A DNA stretch of 64,000 nt from an uncultured Candidatus Binatia bacterium (GCA_965242525.1 OZ251459.1:1728001-1792000); one strand, 5' to 3'; positions 28,980 through 39,227 are shown, counted from the stretch's first letter. Notes: generated by a model from the letters alone, not told the origin. Program-made: numbers and translations.

Positions 28980-30581
28980 ATGAGAATCGCAAGGTTCCGA
29001 TGCGCCTGGGGGGCGGTGCTGCTGGCGGCCGTCCTCTGGTCGCCGGCCGCGGCCCGGGACGAGGCTCCCGCGGCGCCGGCCGGGTCCGGCGTCGAGGCCG
29101 CGAGGGAGTTGCTGGGCGCGTGGCGCGTGGAAGAGGCCCGGCCGGTGGTGTCCCGCCTCATGGCGGAGCGGCCGGGTTCCGCGGAGGTCCTGGACCTGGG
29201 AGCGCTCCTGGCCTACTACGAGGGCGACTACGACGGGGCCCTCGAAACCGTGGAGAGGTCCCTGGAGGTGGAGGCGGAGGACGACCGACGCCAGGGGCTG
29301 CGCCTCCTGCTGCAACAGACCCGCGACGCCACCCGGGGCTTCCGGCGTTTCGAGAGCGAGCACTTCGTACTCTACCTCCACGACGCCCGGGACGGCATCC
29401 TGGCGGAACCCGCGCTGGCGGCCCTGGAGAAGGCGCAGCAGGAGGTGGGGCGCGAGCTGGGGTATCGGCCCCGGTCCAGGGTGCGCGTGGAGATCGCGCC
29501 GGACGTGCGCTCGTTCAACGCCATCTCGACGCTTTCGCTGAGGGACATCGAAGAAACCGGCGCCGTCGGCCTGTGCAAGTTCAACAAGGTCATGATCATC
29601 TCGCCGCGGGTGCTCGCGCGCGGCTACCGCTGGCTCGACTCCCTGGCCCACGAATACATCCATTTCGCCATCGTCCACCTGACCCGGAACAAGACCCCCA
29701 TCTGGCTGCACGAAGGCATCGCGCGCTACTACGAGACCTTGTGGCGGAACCCCGTACAGGGCGAGAGGCCGGATTACCTGACCCCGGCCAACGAGACCTT
29801 GCTGGCCACGGCCGCGGCCACGCGGGAGTTCGTGAGCTTCGAGGAGATGGAGCCGTCCCTCATACGGCTGGATACGCCGGAGCAGGTGCAACTGGCCTAT
29901 GCCGAGGCGGCCTCCGCGGTGGACTACATCAAGGGCGTCCGAGGTCCCGGGGGCATCCGGGAAGTGCTGGCGCAAGTGGAGCGCACTTCCACGGCCGAGG
30001 CCATCGAAGCGGTCATGGGGAAGCCGCTGGAGCAGTTCGAGGCCGACTGGCGGGAGTTCGTCCGGGGACAGGGCCTCCGGGTGGTGGAGGGGAGCCGCAT
30101 GCGCACCTACGAGGTCAAGGACGAATCGAGGAGTCAGGAGATCGTCGAACTGGGGGAGATCCGGTCCGAGATCGCCAGGAACCGGACCCATCTGGGAGAC
30201 CGCATGCGTGCGCGCGGGCGCCTGCGCGCCGCGGCCGCGGAGTACCGCAGGGCGCTGCGGGCCGGCCCGAACTCCGTCGTCATACTGGAACGGCTGGGGG
30301 AGGCGCTGGTCCACGGCCAACGGTTCGGGGAGGCGCTGCCGTACCTGGAGAAGGCGCTGCGCCTGAACCCGGACTCGATCCGGGCTTGGTTCCTGACGGG
30401 CCGGCTCCACCACGGCGCCGGCGACTACGCCGCGGCGCGCAGCGCCCTGCGGGAGGCGCTCCAGATCAACCCGTTCCACCCCGGCGTGTACCGCGTCCTG
30501 GGCCAGGTCCACGAAGCGCTGGGGGAGGAAGCGGAGGCGCGCAAGGCCCGGGGAGTCCTGCAGGAACTGGGGGGCCGGTGA
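28980..30581 (+). CDS. Secreted TPR protein with a peptidase MA (gluzincin-like) domain
   Basis: Signal peptide, LAHEYIH...WLHEGIA, TPR-like repeats at both ends. Confidence 0.85.
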   Translation: MRIARFRCAWGAVLLAAVLWSPAAARDEAPAAPAGSGVEAARELLGAWRVEEARPVVSRLMAERPGSAEVLDLGALLAYYEGDYDGALETVERSLEVEAEDDRRQGLRLLLQQTRDATRGFRRFESEHFVLYLHDARDGILAEPALAALEKAQQEVGRELGYRPRSRVRVEIAPDVRSFNAISTLSLRDIEETGAVGLCKFNKVMIISPRVLARGYRWLDSLAHEYIHFAIVHLTRNKTPIWLHEGIARYYETLWRNPVQGERPDYLTPANETLLATAAATREFVSFEEMEPSLIRLDTPEQVQLAYAEAASAVDYIKGVRGPGGIREVLAQVERTSTAEAIEAVMGKPLEQFEADWREFVRGQGLRVVEGSRMRTYEVKDESRSQEIVELGEIRSEIARNRTHLGDRMRARGRLRAAAAEYRRALRAGPNSVVILERLGEALVHGQRFGEALPYLEKALRLNPDSIRAWFLTGRLHHGAGDYAAARSALREALQINPFHPGVYRVLGQVHEALGEEAEARKARGVLQELGGR

Positions 30582-30625
30582 CGCGCCGGTCCGCACCACT
30601 CACCATCGGGAGAAAGTGAAGCCCC

Positions 30626-31654
30626 ATGGACGACACACGACTCGCAGACCGGGAACTGGCGGCCATCGAGGAGTTCGGAGAAAAGCGCCGGGTGATGCTT
30701 TCGGAGATCCGCAAGGTCATCGTGGGCCAGGAAAAGGCCGTGGAGGAGGTGCTGATCGCGCTCTTCTCCCGAGGCCACTGCCTGCTGGTGGGGGTTCCGG
30801 GGCTGGCCAAGACCATGCTCATCAGCACCCTGGCGGAAGTGCTGGACCTCCGGTTCAACCGCATCCAGTTCACCCCCGACCTCATGCCGTCGGACATCAC
30901 CGGCACCGACATCCTGCAGGAGGACGCGGCCACCGGCAGGCGCCGGTTCCAGTTCCTGAAAGGCCCCATCTTCACCAACGTCCTGCTGGCGGACGAGATC
31001 AACCGGACGCCGCCCAAGACCCAGGCGGCGCTGTTGCAGTCCATGCAGGAATACCGCGTGACCGCCAGCGGAACCACCTATCCACTGGACCTGCCGTTCT
31101 TCGTCCTGGCGACCCAGAACCCCGTGGAGCAGGAAGGCACGTACCCGCTGCCGGAAGCCCAACTCGACCGCTTCATGCTGAACGTCCACATATCCTACCC
31201 TCCCCTGGAGGACGAGGTGCAGATCGTCCTCCAGACCACCTCGGCCGACAAGCCGTCGCCGTCCAGGGTCATGGACGGGCCGGCGATCCTCGGTTGCCAG
31301 GACCTCGTGCGGCGGGTCCCGGCGTCGCGGTTCGTGGTAAACTACGCGGTGTCGCTGGCGCAACGAACGCGGCCGGGCAACCCCCAGGCCCCCGGGTTCG
31401 TCGAGGACTACGTGGAATGGGGCGCGGGTCCCCGGGCGTCGCAGTTCCTGGTCCTGGGAGGCAAGGCCCGAACCATACTGGACGGCCGCTTCGCGGTCTC
31501 CGCGGAAGACGTCCGGGCCATGGCGCCATCGGTCCTGCGCCACCGCATCATCCCCAACTTCAAGGCCCAGGCCGAGGGGGTCTCGTCCATGGACATCATC
31601 ACCCGGCTGCTGGAAGAGGTCCGGCCCGAGTCCGAGGGCAGCGCCGCGGCCTGA
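30626..31654 (+). CDS. MoxR-family AAA+ ATPase
   Basis: GVPGLAKT, RIQFTPDLMPSD, LADEINRTPPKTQ, ATQNPVEQEGTYPLPEAQLDRF. Confidence 0.96.
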   Translation: MDDTRLADRELAAIEEFGEKRRVMLSEIRKVIVGQEKAVEEVLIALFSRGHCLLVGVPGLAKTMLISTLAEVLDLRFNRIQFTPDLMPSDITGTDILQEDAATGRRRFQFLKGPIFTNVLLADEINRTPPKTQAALLQSMQEYRVTASGTTYPLDLPFFVLATQNPVEQEGTYPLPEAQLDRFMLNVHISYPPLEDEVQIVLQTTSADKPSPSRVMDGPAILGCQDLVRRVPASRFVVNYAVSLAQRTRPGNPQAPGFVEDYVEWGAGPRASQFLVLGGKARTILDGRFAVSAEDVRAMAPSVLRHRIIPNFKAQAEGVSSMDIITRLLEEVRPESEGSAAA

Positions 31655-31740
31655 CCGGCGGCCCGGGCCGCGGAGACTCGCCTGCCCTCCGCCTGACGGC
31701 GCGTGCGCCAAGCTCCGGGAGCGCCTTCGGACCGAGCGTC

Positions 31741-32385
31741 ATGCTGCTCCATTTCGACTACGACGGCGTGCTCGTGGACTCCTTCGACCAGTTGCTGTCC
31801 GCGGCCCGGGAAGCGGCTTCGGACACCGGCCTCGGAAGGCCGCCGACCCGCAGCGACTTCGAGACCATCGAGGACCTCACCGCGAACGGCATCGCCGCCC
31901 TGCTGGGAGTGCCGCAACACGGCATCGACCTCTACACCCGCCGGATGCACCAGGCCCTCGCCGCCGACGGCCATGAGCCGACCATGTTCCCGGACATCCC
32001 TCGCGTCCTGCGGACCCTGTCCAGGCGGCACACCCTGGTCATCGTGACGTCGAACTTCGGTCGCCTGGTGCGCCGCGGACTGTCCCGGCACGGCGTGGAG
32101 GACTGCGTGGCGCTGGTGCTGGACGCCCAACGCCCGGGCACGAAGGGCGAGAAGATCGCACACGCCCTGGAGCGCTTCGGCGCCTCCCCCGGGGAAAGCT
32201 TCATGATCGGCGACACCCGCGGGGACATCCGCCACGGCAAGAGCGCGGGCGTACGCACCGCGGGCGTCACCTGGGGCTACCAGGACCGCCGGACCCTGGA
32301 GCGGGAAGCGCCGGACTTCATCGTGGATTCGCCGCGGGAGTTGCTGGACCTCGTGCGCTCGGTCGCAGGCCGCGGGGACGCCTGA
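31741..32385 (+). CDS. HAD-family hydrolase (phosphoglycolate phosphatase-like)
   Basis: FDYDGVLVDS, VTSN, MIGDTRGD, VTWGY. Confidence 0.9.
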   Translation: MLLHFDYDGVLVDSFDQLLSAAREAASDTGLGRPPTRSDFETIEDLTANGIAALLGVPQHGIDLYTRRMHQALAADGHEPTMFPDIPRVLRTLSRRHTLVIVTSNFGRLVRRGLSRHGVEDCVALVLDAQRPGTKGEKIAHALERFGASPGESFMIGDTRGDIRHGKSAGVRTAGVTWGYQDRRTLEREAPDFIVDSPRELLDLVRSVAGRGDA

Positions 32386-32420
32386 TCCACGGTAGATTCC
32401 CGCTTGCCCGGACAGGCGCG

Positions 32421-34022
32421 TCAGGGTCCGTGGTGGGTGGCCAGGGGGCTCGTGTCCGTGAGGTCCATCATCTTGCGGGCCAGGGCCTCCATGAGCTCGC
32501 CGCGCCGGTTCCGGGAGCCGGCGTCGTCCCAGAGGTTGCGCATCTCGTGGGGGTCGTTCTCCAGGTCGTAGAGCTCGCCCCAGTCCGCCCCTTCGTACAG
32601 GGTCAGGCGCCGGTCCCGGGTCACCAGGGTGCGGGCCCGGAAGTTGTGGTCGAAGCCCATGTAGCCCCGGCGCTGGTGCTCCTCGATGAGCAGCGAGTCG
32701 TGGCCCGTGTCCGCGCCCTCCAGGGCGGGCAGCAGGCTGGTCCCCTGCATGCCGTTGGGCTCTGCCAGGCCCGCCCGGTGCAGGATGGTGCTCGGAAGGT
32801 CCGGGGCGTTGCAGAGGCCCGGTTGGACCGCGTCCCGGGCGGCTGCCGACGGGTCCGTCCAGATCAACGGCACCCGCACCAGGCCCTGGTAGTGCAGCGC
32901 GCCCTTGAGCAGCAGTTGGTGGTCGCCCATGAAGTCCCCGTGGTCGCTGGTGAAGACCACCACGGTGTCGTCCGCGAGGCCCAGGTCCCGGAGGCGCGCC
33001 CGGATGCGCCCCACCGCGTCGTCGATCATGGTGATCATGCCGTAGGTGAGGGCGATGGCCTCCCGCGCTTCCGGCTCGGTGACGGCGAAGGTGCGCATCC
33101 CGTTGCGGTCGCTGCCGCCCCGGTCCCGCTCCTCGTAGAGCTCCCGAAGATGCCGCGGCGTCGGGTTCTCCCCGGGATGGAAGGAAGCGGGCAGGGCCAC
33201 CTGCTCCGGGCGGTACATGTCCCAGTAGCGGCCGGGCGGGGTGAACGCGTGGTGCGGGTCGGGAAACGAGCACTGGAGGAAGAAGGGCCGTTCCCGTCCG
33301 GAGCGCGCGTGCGCTTCCAGGAACGCCAGGGTCCGCTCCTCCACGTAGGCGGTGGGATAGAGCTCCTCGGGCATCCGCGTGCGCCAAGCCTGGGGCGCCC
33401 GGTAGTCGTTGCCGGGAAGCTGGTGGTCCGCGCCGCGCAGGGAGTCGGGGTCGGGGTGGCGCGCCCGGAGCCAGCGGTCGTAATGGCCCACCACCTGGTC
33501 GGCGTGCTTGATGGCCAGCTCCACGTGCCGGAACCCGTAGTAGGGCAGCACCGGCTCGAACTCCGGGTCCCGCGCCCAGGCGCCGGGAAGCTCCTGGTCG
33601 TAGCGCCCGTCGTCGCCCTTCCACGCCTCCCGGAGCCCTTCGGGGACCGGGACGCGCCGGGGGTCCCGCTCCGGCATGCCGATCACCGGAAGGTCCCCCT
33701 TGATGCTCTGCAGGTGGCACTTGCCGATGAGGGCGGTGTGGTAGCCGGCCGCAGCCAGGACGTCCACGAACGTCGTGGCCTTCAAGGAAAGCGGGATGCC
33801 GTTGTGCCGGACCCCGTGGAGCGACGGCATCCGCCCGGTCATCAGCGTCGCACGGTTGGGCATGCAGATGGGCGTGGCGGTGTAGAAACGCTCGAACCGG
33901 GTCCCGGTTGCCGCAAGGCCGTCGATGTTCGGCGTCCGCACCACCGGGTTGCCGTAACAACCCAGATGGTCCGCCCGCTGCTGGTCGGTGATGATGAAGA
34001 GGAAGTTGGGTCCGTGGGTCAT
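32421..34022 (-). CDS. Sulfatase (Cys-type)
   Basis: ITDQQRAD, CMPNR (CxPxR), SFPDPH, TSDHGD, ELYDLENDP. Confidence 0.93.
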   Translation of the reverse strand: MTHGPNFLFIITDQQRADHLGCYGNPVVRTPNIDGLAATGTRFERFYTATPICMPNRATLMTGRMPSLHGVRHNGIPLSLKATTFVDVLAAAGYHTALIGKCHLQSIKGDLPVIGMPERDPRRVPVPEGLREAWKGDDGRYDQELPGAWARDPEFEPVLPYYGFRHVELAIKHADQVVGHYDRWLRARHPDPDSLRGADHQLPGNDYRAPQAWRTRMPEELYPTAYVEERTLAFLEAHARSGRERPFFLQCSFPDPHHAFTPPGRYWDMYRPEQVALPASFHPGENPTPRHLRELYEERDRGGSDRNGMRTFAVTEPEAREAIALTYGMITMIDDAVGRIRARLRDLGLADDTVVVFTSDHGDFMGDHQLLLKGALHYQGLVRVPLIWTDPSAAARDAVQPGLCNAPDLPSTILHRAGLAEPNGMQGTSLLPALEGADTGHDSLLIEEHQRRGYMGFDHNFRARTLVTRDRRLTLYEGADWGELYDLENDPHEMRNLWDDAGSRNRRGELMEALARKMMDLTDTSPLATHHGP

Positions 34023-34074
34023 GTGCGCCTCCGGGTCTGCCGTGGGCATTGGCAGGAAGAGTTCGACGGCGCCC

Positions 34075-34623
34075 TCACGGCCCCAGGGGTTTCTCGCCCT
34101 CCGCGGGCTCCACCTCCATGGCGTTGAGGACGCAGGCCAGCAACCCATAGTATCCGATCAGGGCCGAAAGCTCCACGCAGCCCGCGCCTCCCAGGCTCTT
34201 CTCCACCGCGGCGAAGGTCGGCGCGCTCACGCGGTGGTCCCGCAACAGCTCCCGGACGTAACGGCAGACGTGGGCCTCGTCCGCGGTCAGGTCCGGCGGC
34301 GTCTCGCGGCGTCTCAGGGCTTCGACGCAGCCCTCGGTCACTCCGGCCGCCCGGGCGTGACCGGCGTGCGCCGACCACTCGAACGCGCAGTCCAGCTCCC
34401 GGGCCACGGTGAGGATCACCAGCTCCTTGAGCTTCCGGGGAAGCTCCAACTCGAAACGGACATGGGCGCCCAGGTGGGCCACTCGACCGGCCAGCTCCGG
34501 GCTGTGCAGCAGCATGGGGAACGGCCCCTGCACCCTGCCGCGGCTCTCGGCGATGGCGTCGAACACCGCGTGGTGCTCCCGCGGCAACTCTTCCCTTCTC
34601 TCGATCTTCGCGATACGCGCCAT
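34075..34623 (-). CDS. Carboxymuconolactone decarboxylase/AhpD family protein
   Basis: GPFPMLLHSP, ELVILTVAR...FEWSAH, IGYY. Confidence 0.85.
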   Translation of the reverse strand: MARIAKIERREELPREHHAVFDAIAESRGRVQGPFPMLLHSPELAGRVAHLGAHVRFELELPRKLKELVILTVARELDCAFEWSAHAGHARAAGVTEGCVEALRRRETPPDLTADEAHVCRYVRELLRDHRVSAPTFAAVEKSLGGAGCVELSALIGYYGLLACVLNAMEVEPAEGEKPLGP

Positions 34624-34649
34624 GCGATACCTTCCTCTCTGTCGCTCAA

Positions 34650-34818
34650 GGAACATCCGAACAATCGGGGCAGGGGGGCATGAGCGCGTCCTTCGACTCC
34701 GCTTCGCTACGCTCAGGACGAACGGGGATGGGACGCTTCACTACGCCCGGGATGAATGGGGACGGGAGTGTCAGGGTGAGGGAATCCATCCCGGATGTCC
34801 CGATCGTCCAGGGGTTCC
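34650..34818 (-). mobile_element. MITE copy C (reverse orientation)
   Basis: Ends GGAACATCCGAACAATCG / CGATCGTCCAGGGGTTCC; perfect TCAA duplication (34646-34649 and 34819-34822); REP core inside. Confidence 0.85.
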
Positions 34819-35568
34819 TCAACTCCAACCGTCGTGGGGATAGTCCCGGCACACGAGGTCCCACCCCCTGCCTTCCACCGCCAGCGCGGCCTTGTAGCCC
34901 TCCCCCGGGTCCAGGGCGCACAGGGACCACCGCGCCGTTTCCGCGGGGTCTCCCTCGAACCGCAGCAGGGCCGCGGGCTCTCCCGGCCGCAAGCTCACCT
35001 CGAACCGGCGGAGACCCAGGGACACCCCCTCCCCGCGCGCCTTGACGAACGCCTCCTTCCGGGTCCAGCACGCGAAGAAGGCTTCCCGCCGCGGTCCCGG
35101 GGCCATGCCCATCAGCGCCTCCGCCTCGGCCGGCGAGAAGAAACGCCGGGCCGCCCGGGCCACGTCGGTGTCCGGGCGCAGGCGTTCGACGTCCACGCCG
35201 ACCTCGCGCCCGAAGGCGAAGGCGTGGAGCGCCCACCCGCGGGAATGGGACAGGTTGAAGCGCACTCCGCCGCCATCGGCGTCTTCCGGCAGCCGCGGCT
35301 TGCCGCGGGCGCCGTAGCGCAGCTCGACCGCGGCCGGCTCCACGTGGAGGTAACGGCCCAGCAGCCTTCGGAGCACGCCCCGGGCCACGGTGAACCGCCG
35401 CCGGTCCCGCTCGAAGCGGAAACGGCGGGCACGGACGCGCTCGCCCGGCGCCAGGACGCCGTGCAAGTCGTCCAGGCAGCGTTCGGGGACGCAGGTGGCC
35501 GTGCGCCACACGTGCACCGCATGGGGCGAAAGCTCCAAGTCCCCGGCCGGAGGCAACCAGCGGGTCAT
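34819..35568 (-). CDS. Sfp/HetI-type 4'-phosphopantetheinyl transferase
   Basis: GKP, FNLSHS, VGVDVE, WTRKEAFVKARG. Confidence 0.93.
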   Translation of the reverse strand: MTRWLPPAGDLELSPHAVHVWRTATCVPERCLDDLHGVLAPGERVRARRFRFERDRRRFTVARGVLRRLLGRYLHVEPAAVELRYGARGKPRLPEDADGGGVRFNLSHSRGWALHAFAFGREVGVDVERLRPDTDVARAARRFFSPAEAEALMGMAPGPRREAFFACWTRKEAFVKARGEGVSLGLRRFEVSLRPGEPAALLRFEGDPAETARWSLCALDPGEGYKAALAVEGRGWDLVCRDYPHDGWS

Positions 35569-35636
35569 GGATGCGCCGTCACCGTCCCGAACCCTGGTAG
35601 AGCCGCAGCGGAAGGAGCACCGCCGCGGCCCCGCGG

Positions 35637-36971
35637 CTATGGGGTCCGTCCCTGTCGAGGATCATCGGAGTCTTCCCGGACCACCGCGCTCGCCGGCCCG
35701 TCGCAGACGGCCTGATGCCCATCGATATATTCGAGCAGGGCCTCTGCGGCCCATTGGTGGCCCGCGGGGTTCCAGTGGCCGTCGTGGGGCCATTGGGCGT
35801 CCGTGAGCCTGGCGCCCTGGCGGAGGATGTAGTCGCCCTGGTCGATGACGGGAATGTCCAGGGTTGCGGCCATTTCGTCCAAGACAGAACCTATTCTCGC
35901 GGCGTCGGCCTTCTTCACAAAGTGTGACGCCAGGATGACCAGCCGCACGCCGTCGCGGTCGGCGCGTTCCTCGAACTGCTCCAGAGCGAAGGCCGTATAG
36001 TCCAGAGCGTCCTCGAACACCGGTGGCCCGGCGCTTCCCCGACCGAAGTTCTGCAGCATCATGTTCCAATCCATCACCGGCGGCCATCCTTCCAGCAGCG
36101 GGGCGTAACGGGGCCGTTGGCTGAGCGTTTCCACCCTCCTGGCGAACTTCAGGGCAACGAAGCCGGGGCGCAAGGAGGGGGGACGCCAGATTCGATACCA
36201 GTTTCGCTTCTTGGCGCGCAGCCAGCTCCCGAACCATGAAATCGCGGTCACGCGGTCAACCAGGGATTCCCATCCTCCCGGTAATACCGGTAACCTGAGA
36301 TCATCATAACCCGGGTCGGGCGGTCGCAGTTCCATGGTCCCGTCCGGATGCTTTTTCACACTGGCGTAAGGCAAGTGTTCCGGGTCCCATCCGTTCACGA
36401 TTGACTGCAGGACCGGAGAATTGTCCAGGAAATCGTTGGGAACGAGAACCAGAACCAGGAGTTTCGGGCGCAGTTTCCGGGCGTATTCGTCGTACATCGG
36501 CAACTGCTGGACTTGGCCGGTGTTCACAATCCCGAAGGCCGAAGTGGTAACGTCCAGGTGAGGCAGCCGGCTGGCGGCGAGTTCTTCGAGTCGAACGTGG
36601 AACTTGTCGCGGATGGGAACTTCCATGGCCGCCACGAAGGAGTCGCCGATCATGGTGACGTGGCAGGTTGCCGCGGCGCGCTCGGGGCTCGGGGGCTCGC
36701 GGTCGAGGAAGCCCAGGCTGTTGGTGCGGGATACGGCCCAGAATTCGAGGCCGTTCGTGTGGCGAACCTCCGCGTCCGGAGGCAGGCGAAGGCCCATCCC
36801 GGGGACGAACTCGCGGGGTATGCTCGATACCGGGAACGACGTGGTCAGCCGGAAGTATGCCTCCAGGGCGATGGCCGCCACCGCTACGCCCGCGGCGAGC
36901 AGAAGCATATTCCAGCAGACCACGCGCAGCGCACGCCGCAGGGAGCGGTCCGCATACTTTCGTCTTGGCAT
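35637..36971 (-). CDS. Membrane-anchored SGNH/GDSL hydrolase-like protein
   Basis: N-terminal TM, NSLGF, IGDSF, ND, DGHWNPAGH. Confidence 0.85.
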   Translation of the reverse strand: MPRRKYADRSLRRALRVVCWNMLLLAAGVAVAAIALEAYFRLTTSFPVSSIPREFVPGMGLRLPPDAEVRHTNGLEFWAVSRTNSLGFLDREPPSPERAAATCHVTMIGDSFVAAMEVPIRDKFHVRLEELAASRLPHLDVTTSAFGIVNTGQVQQLPMYDEYARKLRPKLLVLVLVPNDFLDNSPVLQSIVNGWDPEHLPYASVKKHPDGTMELRPPDPGYDDLRLPVLPGGWESLVDRVTAISWFGSWLRAKKRNWYRIWRPPSLRPGFVALKFARRVETLSQRPRYAPLLEGWPPVMDWNMMLQNFGRGSAGPPVFEDALDYTAFALEQFEERADRDGVRLVILASHFVKKADAARIGSVLDEMAATLDIPVIDQGDYILRQGARLTDAQWPHDGHWNPAGHQWAAEALLEYIDGHQAVCDGPASAVVREDSDDPRQGRTP

Positions 36972-37221
36972 GTTGGGCGCTTCAGGAATTCGTGTGGGTT
37001 GCGACACTTCCCATCCCGTCATCTCCGCGAAAGCCCCGTCTCGTCATTCCCGCGAAAGCGGGAATCCAGACCCTGCGAGCAAACCCCATAGCGCCCTGTA
37101 TGAGAGGTTTCTACAACGAGAGCGAGGAAAGTGGATGGATTCCCGCTTTCGCGGGAATGACGGAGTGGGCGTCTGTGGAGCAATGACGGCGTGCCCCCTG
37201 TCGCTCCCCCTTTCCCTCCTG
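36969..37221. repeat. Dispersed REPIN-like element, copy 2
   Basis: Matches 2300-2495 plus 2597-2655; two inverted TCATTCCCGCGAAAGCGGGAATCCA palindromes. Confidence 0.85.
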
Positions 37222-37310
37222 CCTTGCCCACACGAAAGCCGGAAGGTCCGCATGTTGCTGGATCGGGGTCCTGGTCCGGAATGCCCCCCCCTCTTCACGC
37301 AACGCATCCG

Positions 37311-39227
37311 TCAGTCCGGTTCGAACGAATCCTCGTAGTGCTCGACCTTGAGGGCGGGGTCCTGCTCTTCCTTGCGCAGGAAGCAGTTGCCCACCGCGAG
37401 GCAGTCCAGGTCCGTGCCCATGAAGCAGCGAAAGGCGTCCGCGGGCGTGCACACGATGGGCTCGCCGCGCACGTTGAAACTCGTGTTCACGAGCACCGGG
37501 CAACCGGTCCTGGCCTTGAACGCTTCGAGCAGGGCGTGGTAGCGGGGGTTGGTGTCGCGATGGACGGTCTGCACCCGGGCGGAATAGTCCACGTGGGTCA
37601 CAGCGGGGACGTCCGAACGCGGCACGTTCAGGAGGTCGATGCCGGACAGGGCGCGCTGGGTCTCGTTCATGGGCTTCCGCCGCTCCGGCTTCACGTCCGC
37701 CACCAGCAGCATGTAGGGGCTGTCGTGGTCGAGCTCGAACCAGTCGGCCACGTCGGCGCGCAGCACGCTCGGCGCGAAGGGTCGGAAGGACTCGCGGAAC
37801 TTGACCTTGAGGTTGAGGGTCTTCTGCATGGTGGGCGAACGCGCGTCCGCCAGGATGGAGCGCCCGCCCAGGGCGCGGGGCCCGAACTCCATCCGGCCCT
37901 GGAACCACCCCAGCGCCTTGCCCGCGGCCAATGCCTCGGCCGCGGCCTCGACCAGGGCGTCGTCCGTGAGCGTCTCGTAGCGGGCGCCGGCCGCATCGAG
38001 GTCCGCGCGGACCTCCTCCGTGCCGAACTCGGGGCCGAGGAAGGCGCCGCGCATGGCGTCGGTCCCGCAGGCCGAAACCCCTGCGGGCGGGTCCGCGCTT
38101 TCGCCGGGGCGCGAGGAGGAACGCCCCCCTTCCCCTGCCGCGGGGGAGACCGAGGGACGCGCCTCGCCGAACAGCCGGTGGCTCGCCGCCAGCGCGGCGC
38201 CCAGGGCGCCTCCGGCGTCGCCCGCGGCCGGCTGGATCCAGACGTCGTCGAACCGGCCGTCCCGCAGCACCTTGCCGTTGGCCACGCAGTTGAGCGCCAC
38301 GCCGCCCGCGAGACAGAGGTTGGGGATGCCGGTCTCCGCCCGCAGCGAGCGGGTCATCCGCAGCACCGCTTCTTCCACCACAGCCTGCACCGAGGCCGCC
38401 AGGTCCATGTGCCGCGGGGCCAGCGGCTCCTCCGGCTTCCGCGCCGGGCCGCGGAACAGCTCGTCGAAGCGGCCGTTGGTCATGGTCAGGCCGGTGCAGA
38501 AGTCGAAGTAGTCCAAGTCCAATCGGAACGTGCCGTCCGGCTTGAGGTCCATCAGGTGGTCGAGGATGGTCTTCGAGTACGTGGGTTCGCCGTAGGGCGC
38601 CAGACCCATGACCTTGTACTCGCCGGAGTTCACCTTGAAGCCGGTGTAATGGGTGAAGGCCGAGTAGAGCAGCCCCAGGGAATGCGGGAAGTGGATCTCC
38701 CGGGCCACCTCCAGGTCGTTGCCGTGGCCGATGGCCGCGGACGTGGTGGCCCACTCGCCGACTCCGTCCATGGTCAGCACCACCGCGTCGCGGAAAGGCG
38801 AAGGATAGAACGCGCTCGCCGCGTGGGACTGGTGGTGCTCGGCGAACAGCAGCCTGGCGTCCCAGTCCACGTCCGGGGCGAGCCGCTTCAACTCCCGGCG
38901 CAGCAGGTCCTTCTGGAACAGCTTCTCCCGGAGCCACACCGGCGCCGCCATGCGGAAGGAGCGGAAGCCCCGCGGCGCGAACGCCACGTAGGTCTCCAGC
39001 AGCCGCTCGAACTTGAGGAAAGGCTTGTCGTAGAACGCCACCCGATCGATGTCCCCGGGGGCGAGGCCGGTCTCCCGGAGACACCACGCCACCGCACGGG
39101 AGGGATAGCCGGCGTCGTGCTTGCGGCGCGTGAAGCGTTCTTCCTGCGCCGCGGCCACGATCCTCCCGTCCTCCACCAGGGCGGCGGCGCTGTCGTGGTA
39201 GAACGCCGAGAGGCCCAGGATGCGCAT
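37311..39227 (-). CDS. NodU/CmcH-family O-carbamoyltransferase
   Basis: FYHDSAA, EERFTR, HHQSHAAS, GEYKVMGLA, GGVALNC, GPRALGGRS, NTSFN. Confidence 0.95.
   Translation of the reverse strand: MRILGLSAFYHDSAAALVEDGRIVAAAQEERFTRRKHDAGYPSRAVAWCLRETGLAPGDIDRVAFYDKPFLKFERLLETYVAFAPRGFRSFRMAAPVWLREKLFQKDLLRRELKRLAPDVDWDARLLFAEHHQSHAASAFYPSPFRDAVVLTMDGVGEWATTSAAIGHGNDLEVAREIHFPHSLGLLYSAFTHYTGFKVNSGEYKVMGLAPYGEPTYSKTILDHLMDLKPDGTFRLDLDYFDFCTGLTMTNGRFDELFRGPARKPEEPLAPRHMDLAASVQAVVEEAVLRMTRSLRAETGIPNLCLAGGVALNCVANGKVLRDGRFDDVWIQPAAGDAGGALGAALAASHRLFGEARPSVSPAAGEGGRSSSRPGESADPPAGVSACGTDAMRGAFLGPEFGTEEVRADLDAAGARYETLTDDALVEAAAEALAAGKALGWFQGRMEFGPRALGGRSILADARSPTMQKTLNLKVKFRESFRPFAPSVLRADVADWFELDHDSPYMLLVADVKPERRKPMNETQRALSGIDLLNVPRSDVPAVTHVDYSARVQTVHRDTNPRYHALLEAFKARTGCPVLVNTSFNVRGEPIVCTPADAFRCFMGTDLDCLAVGNCFLRKEEQDPALKVEHYEDSFEPD

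Noticed and set aside
23674-28992. 1772-aa minus-strand ORF as one giant protein
   Set aside because: Only the last ~525 aa (EutA-like, own RBS) look real; the rest is antisense to the DUF4175-like gene
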